Origin: Octopus vulgaris
Taxonomy: Eukaryota
Direction: 5' to 3'
Assembly (NCBI GenBank): GCA_951406725.2
Contig: OX597814.1
Span: 125,612,001 to 125,676,000, forward strand
DNA length: 64,000 nt
Made by a program: the position numbers and the translations under genes. Of this stretch, positions 12,535-25,361 are shown one piece after another. Position 1 is the stretch's first letter, and each line of letters opens with the position of its first letter. The notes below the pieces were generated by a model that worked only from the letters and a program-made list of their open reading frames with translations, made no database searches and was not told where the DNA came from.

Positions 12535-13297
12535 TATATAACAAAACAGGAAAATGGAAAGTTTTTGGTATAATTTATTCTTCATTAAACGTGTTTCATA
12601 TGATAATATAAATTACAAAGATTTACATGTTAGATAGACATGTAAGGAATTTCTAAGAAATTTGTCAGACAGAGAAAAGAAGGCTACCACTGGTTTCATG
12701 CTCAACAGTTGTCAAGTGCATCACATGAAATATTGGTACTCGTCTCCATTCAGTCAGTTTCTGGCTACCAATTTCACTCACAAGGCATTCGTCGGTCCGA
12801 AGTAATAGTAGAAGACACTTATCCAAGGTGAGCAAGTGTTCAGTGGGACTGAACTCGAACCAGCAGGTTCCAAAGCTAGTTTCTCAACTCCACAACCTTG
12901 CATGTGCCTACACAGCCATGTCTGTGCCTACACAGCTATGCCTGCATCAATAGGCTGTAGTTTCTCTTCAGCTGAACAACCAAACAGAAATTTCGTCCTT
13001 GTCTCGCCCACTGATGTCAACGCTCTGCAAAAATAAATGCCAAGGGCATTGCCCCGCCACGTCTGACTAGTTATGGAAAAAAATAATAGATAAAAGAGTA
13101 ATGAGTGATATTTTTTTCTTTGTCATCTGAAATTCTTCTCATTTGAACCATAGCAGCGTCTCTTCTCTATTACAACATGGCTGTGTCACTGCAAAAATTG
13201 TGGTTATTTCTCTTCGTTCCACTATCTTTGTAGAGGAATGTACTCTGAATCGACAAAGGGCCTGTTGAAGGTCACTTAGTATAAACATAGTCATATG

Positions 13298-13500
13298 ACA
13301 GAGGATGAGGAAGAGAGAGGGTAAGAGGGAGGGTAAGAGAGAGAGAAAGAGAGAGAGAGAGAGCGAGAGAGAGAGAGGGAGAAAGAGAAACGAGTGCGGG
13401 AAGAGGAGAAGAGAAGAGAAGAGAGAGAGGGAGAAATAAAGAGGAAGGCAGATTGTGTGAAACAGGTAGAAACAGGTAGACAGAGACAGAGAGCGAAGGA

Positions 13501-13539
<39 letters not shown>

Positions 13540-13790
13540 GAAGAGAAAGGTTAGGTAAAGAGAACAGAGAGAGAGAGAAGGGAAAGAGGGAGAGAGGGAG
13601 GAAAGGAGAGAGAGAGAGAGAAGGAGAGACTGACAGGCAAACAGAGCAGGAAGGAGAGAGACAATTAAAGGAAAATAAAAATGAAAGTAGCAGACTATCA
13701 GAGAGAGAGAGAGAGAGAGAGAGAAAAAAATAGACAGACAGATGACAGTCACAGACAGAGACAGACTGACGGACAGACAGACACACAGAC
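13298..13790. repeat. Degenerate (AG)n/purine-rich low-complexity tract
   Basis: Direct inspection. Confidence 0.9.
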
Positions 13791-14424
13791 AGAAGACCAC
13801 TGACTCACAGAAAGCGTGACAATTGGATTAGGGTGGAGCGGGGAGAAAGAGGAAGAAAACGAAAAGATCAAATGATTTGATTAATGAAAGTCTACGTATG
13901 GGAAGGCAGTCATTTCATACCTGAAAGAGAAGTAGAATAATTGTGAACATCATTATTGGCTTCGCTTAGCACTGATAAGGTGAGTGGCGGGGGTTGGGGT
14001 GGATTGGATGGGCTAGGCAGCCGGCGGCGGTGGTGGTGGATGACAGCAGAGCCTTGGTATAGTCTAGTGGTTCATTCCTTTCTGAGTTCAAATCACGCTT
14101 GCGGCATCACTTTTAATTTTCATGTCATCGATGTAATTCTTCCTTTACTCGTTTCATGACTGCGGTCATGCTGGGGTATCCGCCTTGCAGGGATTTTAAT
14201 CGAACTAATTGACCCCAGTATTTATGTCGTTTTTCTTTTGCTTTTTGGGGTTTTTTTTAAAGTCTAGTACTTATTCTCTTGCTCTCTTTTGCCGAACCGC
14301 TAGTTATGGGGCGTAAATGTCTCGGGCCCAGGTCCTTATAACAAAACAAACAGATTGCGTATTTTATTTTACGGTCTTTGTGTTGCAGTACTTCTCCCCT
14401 GTTCATCGATTTTTGAGGTGGCTG

Positions 14425-14900
14425 AAATGAAGGAACCGCGGGCTTTCGTGAAATTCTGTTTTCTGCTGGAGAAAACGGCGATCGAAACAGTTGTCACGCT
14501 ACAAACAGTTTACAAGGAGCTGCCATGAGTAAAACACAAGTTTACGAGTGGTTTTTACGCTTTAGGAATGGTCACTTGTCGCTTGAAGACCAGCCTCGTT
14601 CAGGACGACCATCGACGTCCCGAACGAATGAAAACATCACCGAACAAGTAACGAACTTGTTGATATGACCGGTGTATCTTGGAGCTCCGACCAACGAAAT
14701 CTGAGCACCAAGACAACGCGCTAGTCCACAATTTCATTCTGGTAACCAACTACTTGACAGAGATGATCATCAAAACTGTCCCTCACGCTCCCCACCAACC
14801 AGACCTTGCTCCCTGTGACTGTTGGTTGTTTTCCAAGCTAAAGAAGGTGAAAGAGGCTGTGACAAGGGTCCTGGATATCTTAACTTTGGAGGGCTCCCAT
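14425..14900 (+). pseudogene. Internally deleted mariner transposase fragments
   Basis: KFCFLLEKTA..MSKTQVYEWF..LEDQPRSGRPST joined to HQDNALVH..PHQPDLAPCDCWLF. Confidence 0.85.
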
Positions 14901-15879
14901 GCATACTTAAGTTAGACGATCCTAGTTTGAAGATTAGAATTTTGTACTTCTTTGAAATTAATAAATGTCTCTCCTGAAAAAGTTTCAAAACTTCTGGAAT
15001 GCAGATTGTACTGCTAGCTAGTAGAATCATTATTACGCCGAATAAAATGATTAGTAGCATTTTTTCCGGTTCTCTATATTCTGAGTGCAAACACCACAGA
15101 GATCGACTTTGCATTTCATCTTTTTGGAGTACCAGTTGAGCACTGGGGACGATGTAATCGACTAACCGCTTCCCTTCAAAATTGCTGGCGTTATTCCAGT
15201 ACTAGAAAGAATTATGATCACATACGCCAAGGAAGAGATCAGTGCTTCCCAGAACGGTAAGGTGGAAACAATCAACTTAAATACCTCTAGATTCATTTCT
15301 GGGAGAGGCTTCAGGAGGATTTAGGGCTTTTCTACCAACATTTTGGAGCGTCATCTGTTTTTACATTTATTGTCTCTTTTATCCACTCCCAGAGCTTAAC
15401 AAATCCCATTCCAAACCCTCTTTTCCCCACATATCTAATCTCACCAGCACGTATACACTATTGGCACGTGTGGGCAAAACTTCGTTCTCTCCAAGCAAGG
15501 TAACTGGTTTCGGCGATATCTTTTCCATCATCTTCAAACACAGTTCCTAAGGTAGCTCTTATCATCGCCAACCACTTCAACAACTCTCCTTCTCTATCCT
15601 TTTTTCTCTGTCTTTCACGGGCATGCCGATGAATCAGTCCAACATCAGTTTCAGAGGATTTCGGTCACTCAAATTGTATGAAGAGAGAATTCGATACAAT
15701 CCTACAGTCCTGTGTCGCTAGACGAAGAAGTTAACTCCCCTGGGTTTACAAGCCTGGTATGCAATATCTCCCATCGGTATCATAGGACTACATTACTGTG
15801 ATGCTAATGCAAACTTGTAAAGTTATCTAGATCCTTCACCGAAATGGGGGTTTTTTTGTGTCCCTGAATCATGTTGTTA

Positions 15880-16070
15880 TTTTCAGCAAAACGGCGCTCC
15901 AACATTTTATGACCGCTTCGTACGAGACTGAAATAGCAATGATTAGGAAGCTCGCTGGACATTGTGGAGCAATGAAATGGACAATGAGAACAACTGACTT
16001 AAGTCCAACAGATCTCTTTCGGTGAGAATTTCTAAAGAACGTAGCGTATGTTACAAGAACTGAAAGCCAG
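15880..16070 (+). pseudogene. Decayed Tc1/mariner-superfamily transposase fragment
   Basis: FQQNGAP...W..RTTDLSPTDLF..FLKNVAY resembles FQQDGAP...WP.RSPDL.PLDFFLWG.LK..VY; TIR-like TTTGGGACACCATG near 16908-16921. Confidence 0.6.
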
Positions 16071-16110
16071 AATACAAGCGTCTTTTACATTACAGAAGAA
16101 TGATTCCTAT

Positions 16111-16526
16111 ATAAAGCAGTTGTATACTGTCAACTTAACGTGACAGTCCCATAAAGGGAACCACACCACCGCTATTTATCCCTAGGAAACATCAACGCTT
16201 CCTGTCTGCCTTGACACATTTCCTGTGTCCTTATGTTTACAAAGGGGAGACAAGCACCCCCATCCAACTAAGTCTGCATCCAGAGACATGTTTCTGAGTC
16301 TTGCTCGTCATCAGTCTGGAGTAGTATGGCTTGCTAGCTGGCTGCAGATACCCGTCTGCAGCCAGCTAGCTGGATGGGGGTGCTTGTCTCCCCTTTGTAA
16401 ACATAAGGACACAGGAAATGTGTCAAGGCCGACAGAAAGCGTTGATGCTTCCTAGGGCTAAATAGCGGGGGTGTGATTCACTTTATGGGACTGTCACGTT
16501 AAGTTGACAGTATACAACTGCTTTAT
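16111..16526. mobile_element. Fold-back element (PLE pLTR-like) with hammerhead in the spacer
   Basis: ~155-bp inverted arms 16111-16270 / ~16368-16526; inner 16-bp hairpin 16333-16370. Confidence 0.85.
16279..16320 (-). ncRNA. Minimal type I hammerhead ribozyme
   Basis: Minus strand: UCCAGA CUGAUGA c-GAG-caaga-CUC-a GAAA CAU GUC UCUGGA; canonical core, 6-bp helix I, palindromic helix III ACAUGU. Confidence 0.85.
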
Positions 16527-17326
16527 CGTCCCACCACTGCTAATATCTCTCTGAGATATTTAAAAATTTAATATTTCGATTCTTATATAGTTCTTATCGT
16601 AACGAGAAACGTATTTATCCATTGATTTCCATGTTTGTTGACTGCTCTCAAACACGTACCTGTATGGGGGTTCGCGTTATGGAAAAACTATGTTATTGTT
16701 TGTAATGTTTGTATAATATCAATACTTCCGTAACGCAAATGAATTTGTAGAAAAAGGTTTCCACCATCGCCTGAGTGTGCACATCTCAGTAACTTACCAT
16801 CTGAATAAATAAAGTAAAATGGATGATAGTCATATTGAATTTTATATATAACGCATCGATAGTTCGTGAATTGCATCAATAAAATTGTTTTAAAATTTGG
16901 CGTTACGTTTGGGACACCATGTGTTTATGTGTGTGTGTGTGTGTGTTTGTGTGCGTGTGTGTGCGAGCGGGAATGTGTGAACATGTGTTCACATAAATTT
17001 TTTTTTAAAAACTCAATATTTCAAGAAATAGACATTCGTATAATAAACAAATCCAAAACGTTGTTATAACACTTCTCCCCTTTACGAAACATCCCAGTGG
17101 AACGAAATCTTCGTTCCGTCAAATGATTATTAAATATAACCTATCCTAACTACTTTTTTCAAAACACCTCCATATAAGTAGATCATTCTGATTCCTCATT
17201 GGTGATATAAAGAGCTCAGGCAGGAGACACAGATCGTACATGAAAACCAAATGTACATAAAATATATATATTGTGCATCCGAAATATAGCACTAAATTCT
17301 TTAATCTAGTGTAACGTTACGCTTTA

Positions 17327-17339
17327 ATAATGATGATGG

Positions 17340-17395
<56 letters not shown>

Positions 17396-17519
17396 AGGAG
17401 GAGGTGGAGGAGGAGGAGGAGAAGAAGAAGAAGAAGAAGAAGAAGAAGAAGAAGAAGAAGAAGAAGAAGAAGAAGAAGAAGAAGAAGAAGAAGAAGAAGA
17501 AGAAGAAGAAGAAGAAGAA
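17327..17519. repeat. Compound trinucleotide microsatellite (TGA)n(GGA)n(GAA)n
   Basis: Direct inspection. Confidence 0.95.
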
Positions 17520-17663
17520 AACAGATCTTGTTATAAATTTTATAGATTCATATATAAATATACAGAAACATAATTATGAAGTTTAGATGGCCAACTAGCT
17601 AGATACATACATACATACATACATACATACATACATACATACATACATACATACATACATACA

Positions 17664-17699
<36 letters not shown>

Positions 17700-18058
17700 A
17701 GTATATTTGCCACCTATATATATATACGACAGTTTCCGCCTACCAAATCCACTCACAAGGCTTTTGTCGGCTCGAGGCTATAGTTGAAGACACTCGCCCG
17801 AAGTTCCACGCAGTGGCAGTGGGACTGAACCCGGAACCATGTGGTTGGTAAGCAAGCTTCTTACCACACACCCACTCCTGTGTATGTATGTATGTATGTA
17901 TGTATGTATTTATATTATTGAAGCCGAAAAAGTTCACAAACCGTTATTCTGAGTTTCACGCAACCATTCATTACTGAGCACTGATAATTCAGACTAATAC
18001 ATATGCGCCTGCGCCTGCGCGTGTATGTGTGTATGTGTGTGTATGTGTGTATGTGTGT

Positions 18059-18095
<37 letters not shown>

Positions 18096-18208
18096 TGCGT
18101 GAGTGTTTGCCTGTGTGCGCTTGTCTATATATGTCTGTCTGTGTATATATGTCTATGTATATATATATATTTAAAGAGAGAGAGAGAGAGAGAGACAGAG
18201 AGACAGAG

Positions 18209-18496
<288 letters not shown>

Positions 18497-19262
18497 TACA
18501 AATCTGTGTATCTCTATAAACATATTCACAGTTATGTACGGTCTAAGTCTATGCTGTGCTTGAACATGTACGCTCAGTAAATGAACACAAAAAAACTATG
18601 CACATTTCTTCTTGTCTTTTGTTCTCGTCATTTTCTTGGACAGTTCAGTTCCGCCTGGGAAAAACCATTTCTTTGATTCTACACAACTGTACATGGAGAC
18701 CAACAGATTTCCTAGGATCTGTAAGATAACGCCACAGTTCACCTTATCTGTAGGTCGACGTATGTCACTACATGCGTCTTCCGCCATATTGCTTAAATCT
18801 CCGATACATATAACTTTTCTCTATCATTGATTAACCACTTATACAACAATCGCTTTCGGCCTATATTTGTTTTATTTTTATCGAACGTACGATTTTTTTT
18901 TCTCTTTTGCTGGTTCTTTCCGTTTTTATTTATTGTTTTTACACTTCAACATGTTTTCCGATTTCATGATATTTTAGTTAAGAAGAAAAAATAAGAAGGG
19001 GGGAAAAAACATAGAAAATATCCCACTTTTCATCAGATTACCAAAAACTGAAGCACTGTAAGACGTGGATAGTATTGATTTCTGGAATAGGCACCAGGTA
19101 CGTTTGCATGTGTGTGTGCGTGTTTGTGTGTGTGTGCGCGCGCGCGTATGTATGTGCGAGCGTGTGTATGGATATGCATATATATATATATATAGATTCA
19201 CACGCACATATATAGGTGTGCGCGTGTGCATATGTATATATACTTTATATATATAAATAAAG

Positions 19263-19333
<71 letters not shown>

Positions 19334-19560
19334 ATATGCATTATGTATAGAGACTAGTAAATATGTAAGTATATATATGTATATATAGGCGTTATGTCTG
19401 TATAGCCATAGATATGCGCACACACACACATACACACACAAACATATATGTATGCACACATATATATATACACATATATATATATATGCATATATATATA
19501 TATATACACATATATATACATATACACATATATATGTATATACGTGTGTATATATGTATG

Positions 19561-19641
<81 letters not shown>

Positions 19642-20305
19642 GTATATATATGTGTGTGTGTGTTTGTGTGTACATATGCACTTTTCAACGCCCTCGCCGC
19701 AATGTACTTGAATCACTCCAATTAAGATTATAAAATATTAATAAATAATTAGTCAGCACTTCGATTTGATCGAACAGTGAGTGCCATAGATGGAGTGGAT
19801 ATATTGTTCTTCACCATTCCCCATTTACCATTCTATGGAAGGCCGTACGCTACATATTTTCTGAAACTCATATACAGAAACTTTATCCTGTATTACGGAC
19901 AAAATAATGAACTCAAATTACACAACTCACTCCCACATACTTTCTCATGTCTAATAAATCTTTGACAGGAACCTGATCATTTATTAATAAGTACAACACT
20001 CCCATCGTAAAATAAATTTCTAACAGAAGTTCAAAGTTAATGCGGCGGCTTGGCAAAATCGTTAGAGAGCCAGCGAAAAAGATAATGCTTTGCGGTACTT
20101 GTTTCAGGTAGATTTTTACGTGCTGAGTTCAAATCCCGCTGAGGCTAAGTTTGCCTTTCATTCCTTCGGAGTTGATAAAATAAAGTAGAAGTCAAATACA
20201 GGGATTGATGTTATCGACTTTCCATTTCCCTTATGATTGGTTGTCCCCAATCCTGCAATAGACCGGCGTCCTTTTCAGAGGGAATGTTATTATCTGGATC
20301 ACCTA

Positions 20306-20823
20306 CCGTAAATCTTCGAATATAATCCGCATTCTTTCGCAAAATTTAAAGGTCAAAATCCCTAGTGCGTACTATATACGAGATTAAAAATGAAAAATAT
20401 TTTCTAAGCAATGTCTGAGTCTCTATTTGCTGTCTGGCAATGTTTATTCAGGCGCATTTTGTGATGTCGGGTGCGAAAATACCTTAAGCTAAGCCTGAAA
20501 GCAATGAAGTCATAAAAGAATCATCCATAACTTGCAGTAAGCAACATTTATTAAAATAAAAGTATTCAGAACACAGAATAACATGTAACAAAAACAATTT
20601 GCAAACATATTTACATTCCCATATAACAGTTAAGAACATCACCATTATTGTATTACGCATGCGCGGAAGTGTTTGTTCGACTAGGTGCCGCTGGCTTAAT
20701 TACGCCCGACTCAAGTTAGAAAAGTGCGTATTATACACAAGGTTTAGGTTTTTCAGAGGTGCAGCCCCCTAAAAATCAATTGCGTATTAAACTCAAGGGC
20801 GGACTATACTCGAAGATTTACGG
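20306..20823. mobile_element. Non-autonomous pogo/Tc2-like DNA transposon
   Basis: TIRs CCGTAAATCTTCGAATATAATCCGC / GCGGACTATACTCGAAGATTTACGG; TA at 20304-5 and 20824-5; interrupts a family D SINE fragment. Confidence 0.85.
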
Positions 20824-21524
20824 TATACGCCATGGAAACCGGCTCAATAAAAGATATATATAGTAAATATTGTGTGTACCTTTCTCATGAATTTAGAGTT
20901 GATGTAGATTATCATCATATTATCACCCACTCTGCTACAGTATAATGGTGTGGTTACAACTGTACTTAGTAGCAGTTATAATACACAGGGCAAATGTAAG
21001 AGAAATTATGTTTAACACAAATTTATATCATTTGTTCATTGCATATCTTCCTCCATTGTGGCTATTTGTAACCTTTGCATTGGATGCTCTAAGAGCGATT
21101 AAATGCTCAACTGCAACGGATCATTAAAGGAATACTTTATTGTATTATGCTTCAGAGATCAATTGAACCTTTACGCGCCTGGTTTGTTTTGCTGAACATG
21201 GTTTACAAGTCTCCCTCAAGTCACATACTATGGTCTTTAAGAACACATAGGACTTTGTAGTGTACATACAAAAAGACACGAAGGAAGTTCACTATTGGAA
21301 TGTCTTTGATCAAGGTCAACTTAGTCGTAGCTCAACTGTCATCTGGTCTTAACTTTTCTATCGTCGACTAGTCACAAGTTATGTCAAGTTATTAATATAG
21401 CAAATTGTCAGTTGAGACTCTGTGACATAAAGAGTACGTTTGCGCTAGATCTTACCGCTAGATAGAATAAAATATGTACTAAACGGGTTTCAAATATACA
21501 ACGATAAAGGGATCGTATTAGATA

Positions 21525-22047
21525 CTAGCAGTATCGCCCGGCGTTGCTCGGGTTTGTAAGGGAAATAACTATATAAGCATTTTTAGAGAGTTACTTCCCT
21601 TATAGATGCCAATTCGGGCTTTCTTAGCCATTTCTGTTTTGGTGTCTTCAAGCCATGAAGTCGTTGTTCTAAAAGAACGCTGGTCTCCTTGACAACGCTT
21701 TACGACGTTGATTTCCTTACACTCCCTTCCCCACAGATTCACGAGGGAGAGAAGAAGGGAGAGAAGCAAACAGGTGCAGGTGTGACCATGGACGCCAACT
21801 CCGCCGCCATCGACACACGAAAACTTATGGAATAAATGGAATAAAAATGGAATAAAAAATGATGTTAAATTATTTTTAAAATCGTAGACTCATCGTTGAC
21901 GCGCGCTAATACTCAGACGGGCTCGATATGAATCACGACTATAAGATACCCGAATTTGGTTAAACTGCACCGCAAAATGTGGGAGTAGTTAGGAATCTAA
22001 ATCGAAGGGGACAGACACTCACACAACTACAGTTTTATATATATAGA
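21525..22047 (-). mobile_element. Non-autonomous Helitron
   Basis: Minus strand starts TCTATATATAT and ends CCCGAGCAACGCCGGG(hairpin)...CTAG; inserted between A and T with no TSD. Confidence 0.8.
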
Positions 22048-22567
22048 TAACTCATAATAACATTACTGGCAGATTAAGCTATCATCCATTGTAACATACA
22101 TACTCCTGGATATTCAGAACATTCAAACCTAGTGATTAAAAAATGGAGTCCTTTTAAATTGGTACACTATTGAATAGTGCTACCGATTATGTCCAGACAA
22201 CTCTCGATACAGTATTGACCTAATCATTCAACGTGCAAGGAATAAAAGTTCTGTCCTCAAAGAAACTGAACTTTTAAGACAGAGCGCAACATATTCAAAC
22301 CTAAAGTAGTGTGAATGGCTGCCTTTAACTTTCACATTACTCCTCATCAATTAATGATTGATTTCCACAAGCTAGAGTGAACTTGTGTTAAGTGTACTTG
22401 GCGATTTATCGCAAGTTGGCAATGAAAGATTACTGCTATCTGTTTTTGTAAATTGAATAGTGCGATCAAGACTTGTTTTCTTAGCAGTGGCTGTAGCCGA
22501 CGAATAACTAGCAGCACTAATAATAATAGTCGCCATGGTAAAGTTGCTCCCCCTCAACAAATCTTTT

Positions 22568-22622
<55 letters not shown>

Positions 22623-22834
22623 GACGTGCTTCTTTCAGTTTCCGCCCACCAAATCTCCTCACAAGACTTTGATCGGCTCGAGGCTATAGTAGAAGACACT
22701 TGCCCAAGGTGCCGCACAGTGGGACTGAACCCGAAACCACGTGGTTGGTAAGCAAGCTACTTACTACACAACCGCTCCTGCACCATGATGTATATTGCAG
22801 TTATGGTTAGTCCATATTACTCGGTAAGAAGCAT

Positions 22835-23040
22835 AGGGCCGGTTTCCGGGTTTCCCTGGCCTACATAAACTCTTCCCTGGACCGGACGTCGCAGGATTAC
22901 TCATTTTTACCGACTGAGTGGATTAGAGCAACGTGAAATGAAGTGTTTTGTTCAAAAACACAACGCATTGCCCGGTCCAGGAACTGAAATCACAATCTTA
23001 CGATCACGAGTCCAACACACTAATCACTAAGCCATGCGCC
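22835..23040 (-). mobile_element. SINE family D (tRNA head, V-domain-like body)
   Basis: Head GGCGCATGGCTTAGTGATTAG; body AATCCTGCGAC...GTCCAGGG; related copy at ~44148-44400 (+). Confidence 0.7.
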
Positions 23041-23152
23041 TATATGTACGTATATTACTGGGTGTAATTGCATTATGGTTATGTGCTGATGAGTGCATGT
23101 CTATGCGAATTCGCAGGAACAATTCGTTTTGTGGTTTAAACAAGAAATCATA

Positions 23153-23318
23153 GACGTAGGAGTGGCTGTGTGATAAGTAGCTTGATTACCAACCACATGA
23201 TTTCGGGTTCAGTCCCACTGCGTGGCACCTTGGGCAAGTGTTTTCTACTGTAGCCTCAGGCCAACCAAAGCCCTTGTGAGTGGATTTGGTAGACGGAAAC
23301 TGAAAGAAGCCCGTCGTA

Positions 23319-23362
<44 letters not shown>

Positions 23363-23605
23363 TGTGTGTGTGTGTGTGTTTGTGTGTCTATGTTTGTCCC
23401 CCCAACATCGCTTGACAACCGATGCTGATGTGTTTACGTTCCCGTAACTTAGCGTTTCGGCAAAACAAGACCGATAGAATAAGTACTAAGCTTACAAAGA
23501 ATAAGTCCTGTGGTCGATTTGCTCGACTAAAGGTGGTGCTCCAGCATGGCCACAGTCAAATGACTGAAACAAGTAAAAGAGTAAAAGAGTAAAGAGTGAA
23601 AGAGT
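23153..23605 (+). mobile_element. SINE family A
   Basis: Full head, internal (TA)/(TG), tail and (GTAAAAGA)n. Confidence 0.92.
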
Positions 23606-24372
23606 AAGTACACGTTAGGATATATGCTTATATGTGACTAGAATGGTGAACAACAAGAAGGTAAAGGCAAATTCTGGATATTGCTGTCTCGAGTTCTAAA
23701 ACGTATAGAACCCGCTCCCAAAGAATATAAGTAACTGAGATCACCACCCGGTGAGGTAATCGAAACCACTGTCCTGAATACAACATTCTTAGACCAGCAC
23801 CTTCACTAGAGTAACAAGAATGCGTTAATAATACTCTATCAATCCCATAAATAATGTGTATTAATTATCTCACCTCTGTATTTTTTTTTACGTTCCAAAT
23901 GGTCAAAGAGTTAAGTCTAACAATATCCACGAAAGAAACAAAATACAATAATATATTTAAATATTTATCTCATCCTCGCCTTAACGTTAGAACAGTATAA
24001 AGACTGAACCGACATAAAGACTGAACCAACAGAATAACGTTCACTTAAATTACCTATGGAATATATAAACTTGACATGATCGTAAAATAGAAAATTAAGT
24101 ACGTCGATAAAATTATTACTAGTAATAAGCACGGAAAAGTAAGTCCTTATGGCATTCGATCACATAAAAGAACTTTATCGTACTAAACACAACGCATTAA
24201 CCACCAGTGTTCGCTTAAAATAACGTTCTTTTTCATTTACTTGATTGATATCATAAAATGGTTAGATATAGAATTACCCTCAATTGTAATTATAGAACGA
24301 AATATTACATAGGGTTGTCATTAAAATTAAGCAAACCCCAGGATCAAATAAGATAGGTGTGTGTGTGTGTGC

Positions 24373-24413
<41 letters not shown>

Positions 24414-25041
24414 CGTGCTTTTCTCTCATAACGTACTTAACTATCTGTACAATAGAACAACCCAAAATAGAATCAACAACTAACAATGAAAAATAATTAA
24501 AATAAATAGACTAATTTTATAAATTTTATAAATTCCAACGCTCCTACTGTGTTATTTCTTAGGTGGACCAGAGTTCAAACGCTTATAAACTGTAACTATT
24601 TTAAAATTTAATAAAATATTTGATCTCTTTCAAAAAACACTTACGTTATACATTCTTAAAATTCTTCACTGCAAACACAATTACCCTAATATTACCAAGC
24701 GAATTCGATGAGTTGTTATAACATTCCAGTCCATTCCTAAACAATCAATCGAAACTTTCGTTCGTTCAAATAATTATTAAACTACACCCACATCTTTAAC
24801 TCTTTCGAAATACAGTAATCCCCTCGACTATCGCGGGTGTGACGTTCCAAAACACACCGTGATAGGTGAAAATCCGTGAAGTAGAAACAATACTGTACTG
24901 TTAGCTTGCTTACCAACCACATAGTTCCAGGTTCAGTCCCACTGCGTAGCACCTTGGGCAAGTGTCTTCTATTATAGCCTCGGGCCGACCAAAGCCTTGT
25001 GAGTGGATTTAGTAGACGGAAACTGAAAGAAGCCCGTTGTA

Positions 25042-25087
<46 letters not shown>

Positions 25088-25169
25088 TCCCGGGTTGATT
25101 CGGGGTTAACCACAGTAAGTAAGGTACTCAATACATAGCAGAGTAAAATTAATTTATTATATAGAAGGA

Positions 25170-25218
25170 GCTTCTACAGGACTAGTACTGTTTCATTCAA
25201 GAGAAATCTTCAGGAAGC
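25170..25218 (-). ncRNA. Type I hammerhead ribozyme
   Basis: Minus strand: GCUUC CUGAAGA uUUC-ucuu-GAAu GAAA CAG-uacuaguc-CU GUA GAAGC. Confidence 0.85.
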
Positions 25219-25253
25219 AGGACTAGTACTGTTTCATTCAAGAGAAATCTTCA

Positions 25254-25307
25254 GGAGCTTCCTGAAGATTTCTCTTGAATGAAACAGTACTAGTCCTGTA
25301 GAACTCC
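25254..25307 (+). ncRNA. Type I hammerhead ribozyme (inverted copy, 1-nt deletion in helix I)
   Basis: GGAGCTTC CTGAAGA TTTCTCTTGAAT GAAA CAGTACTAGTCCT GTA GAACTCC. Confidence 0.8.
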
Positions 25308-25316
25308 TTCTATATA

Positions 25317-25361
<45 letters not shown>

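Larger units (their letters stand above)
25084..25321. mobile_element. Fold-back hammerhead-bearing insertion in the SINE-internal (TA)n
   Basis: Tail 25084-25152; arms ~25153-25218 and ~25256-25321 with a tandem partial duplicate 25218-25255; (TA)n on both sides. Confidence 0.85.

Noticed and set aside
18596-18830. 63-72 aa ORFs in non-repetitive sequence
   Set aside because: No recognisable homology; an exon cannot be supported without RNA data.
23080-23120. CTGATGA followed by a GCAT/ATGC hairpin
   Set aside because: Followed by GAAT with no helix I or III closure; not a credible hammerhead.
25177-25255. Tandem ~40-bp repeats resembling a CRISPR array
   Set aside because: No spacers, eukaryotic context; explained as duplicated hammerhead units.
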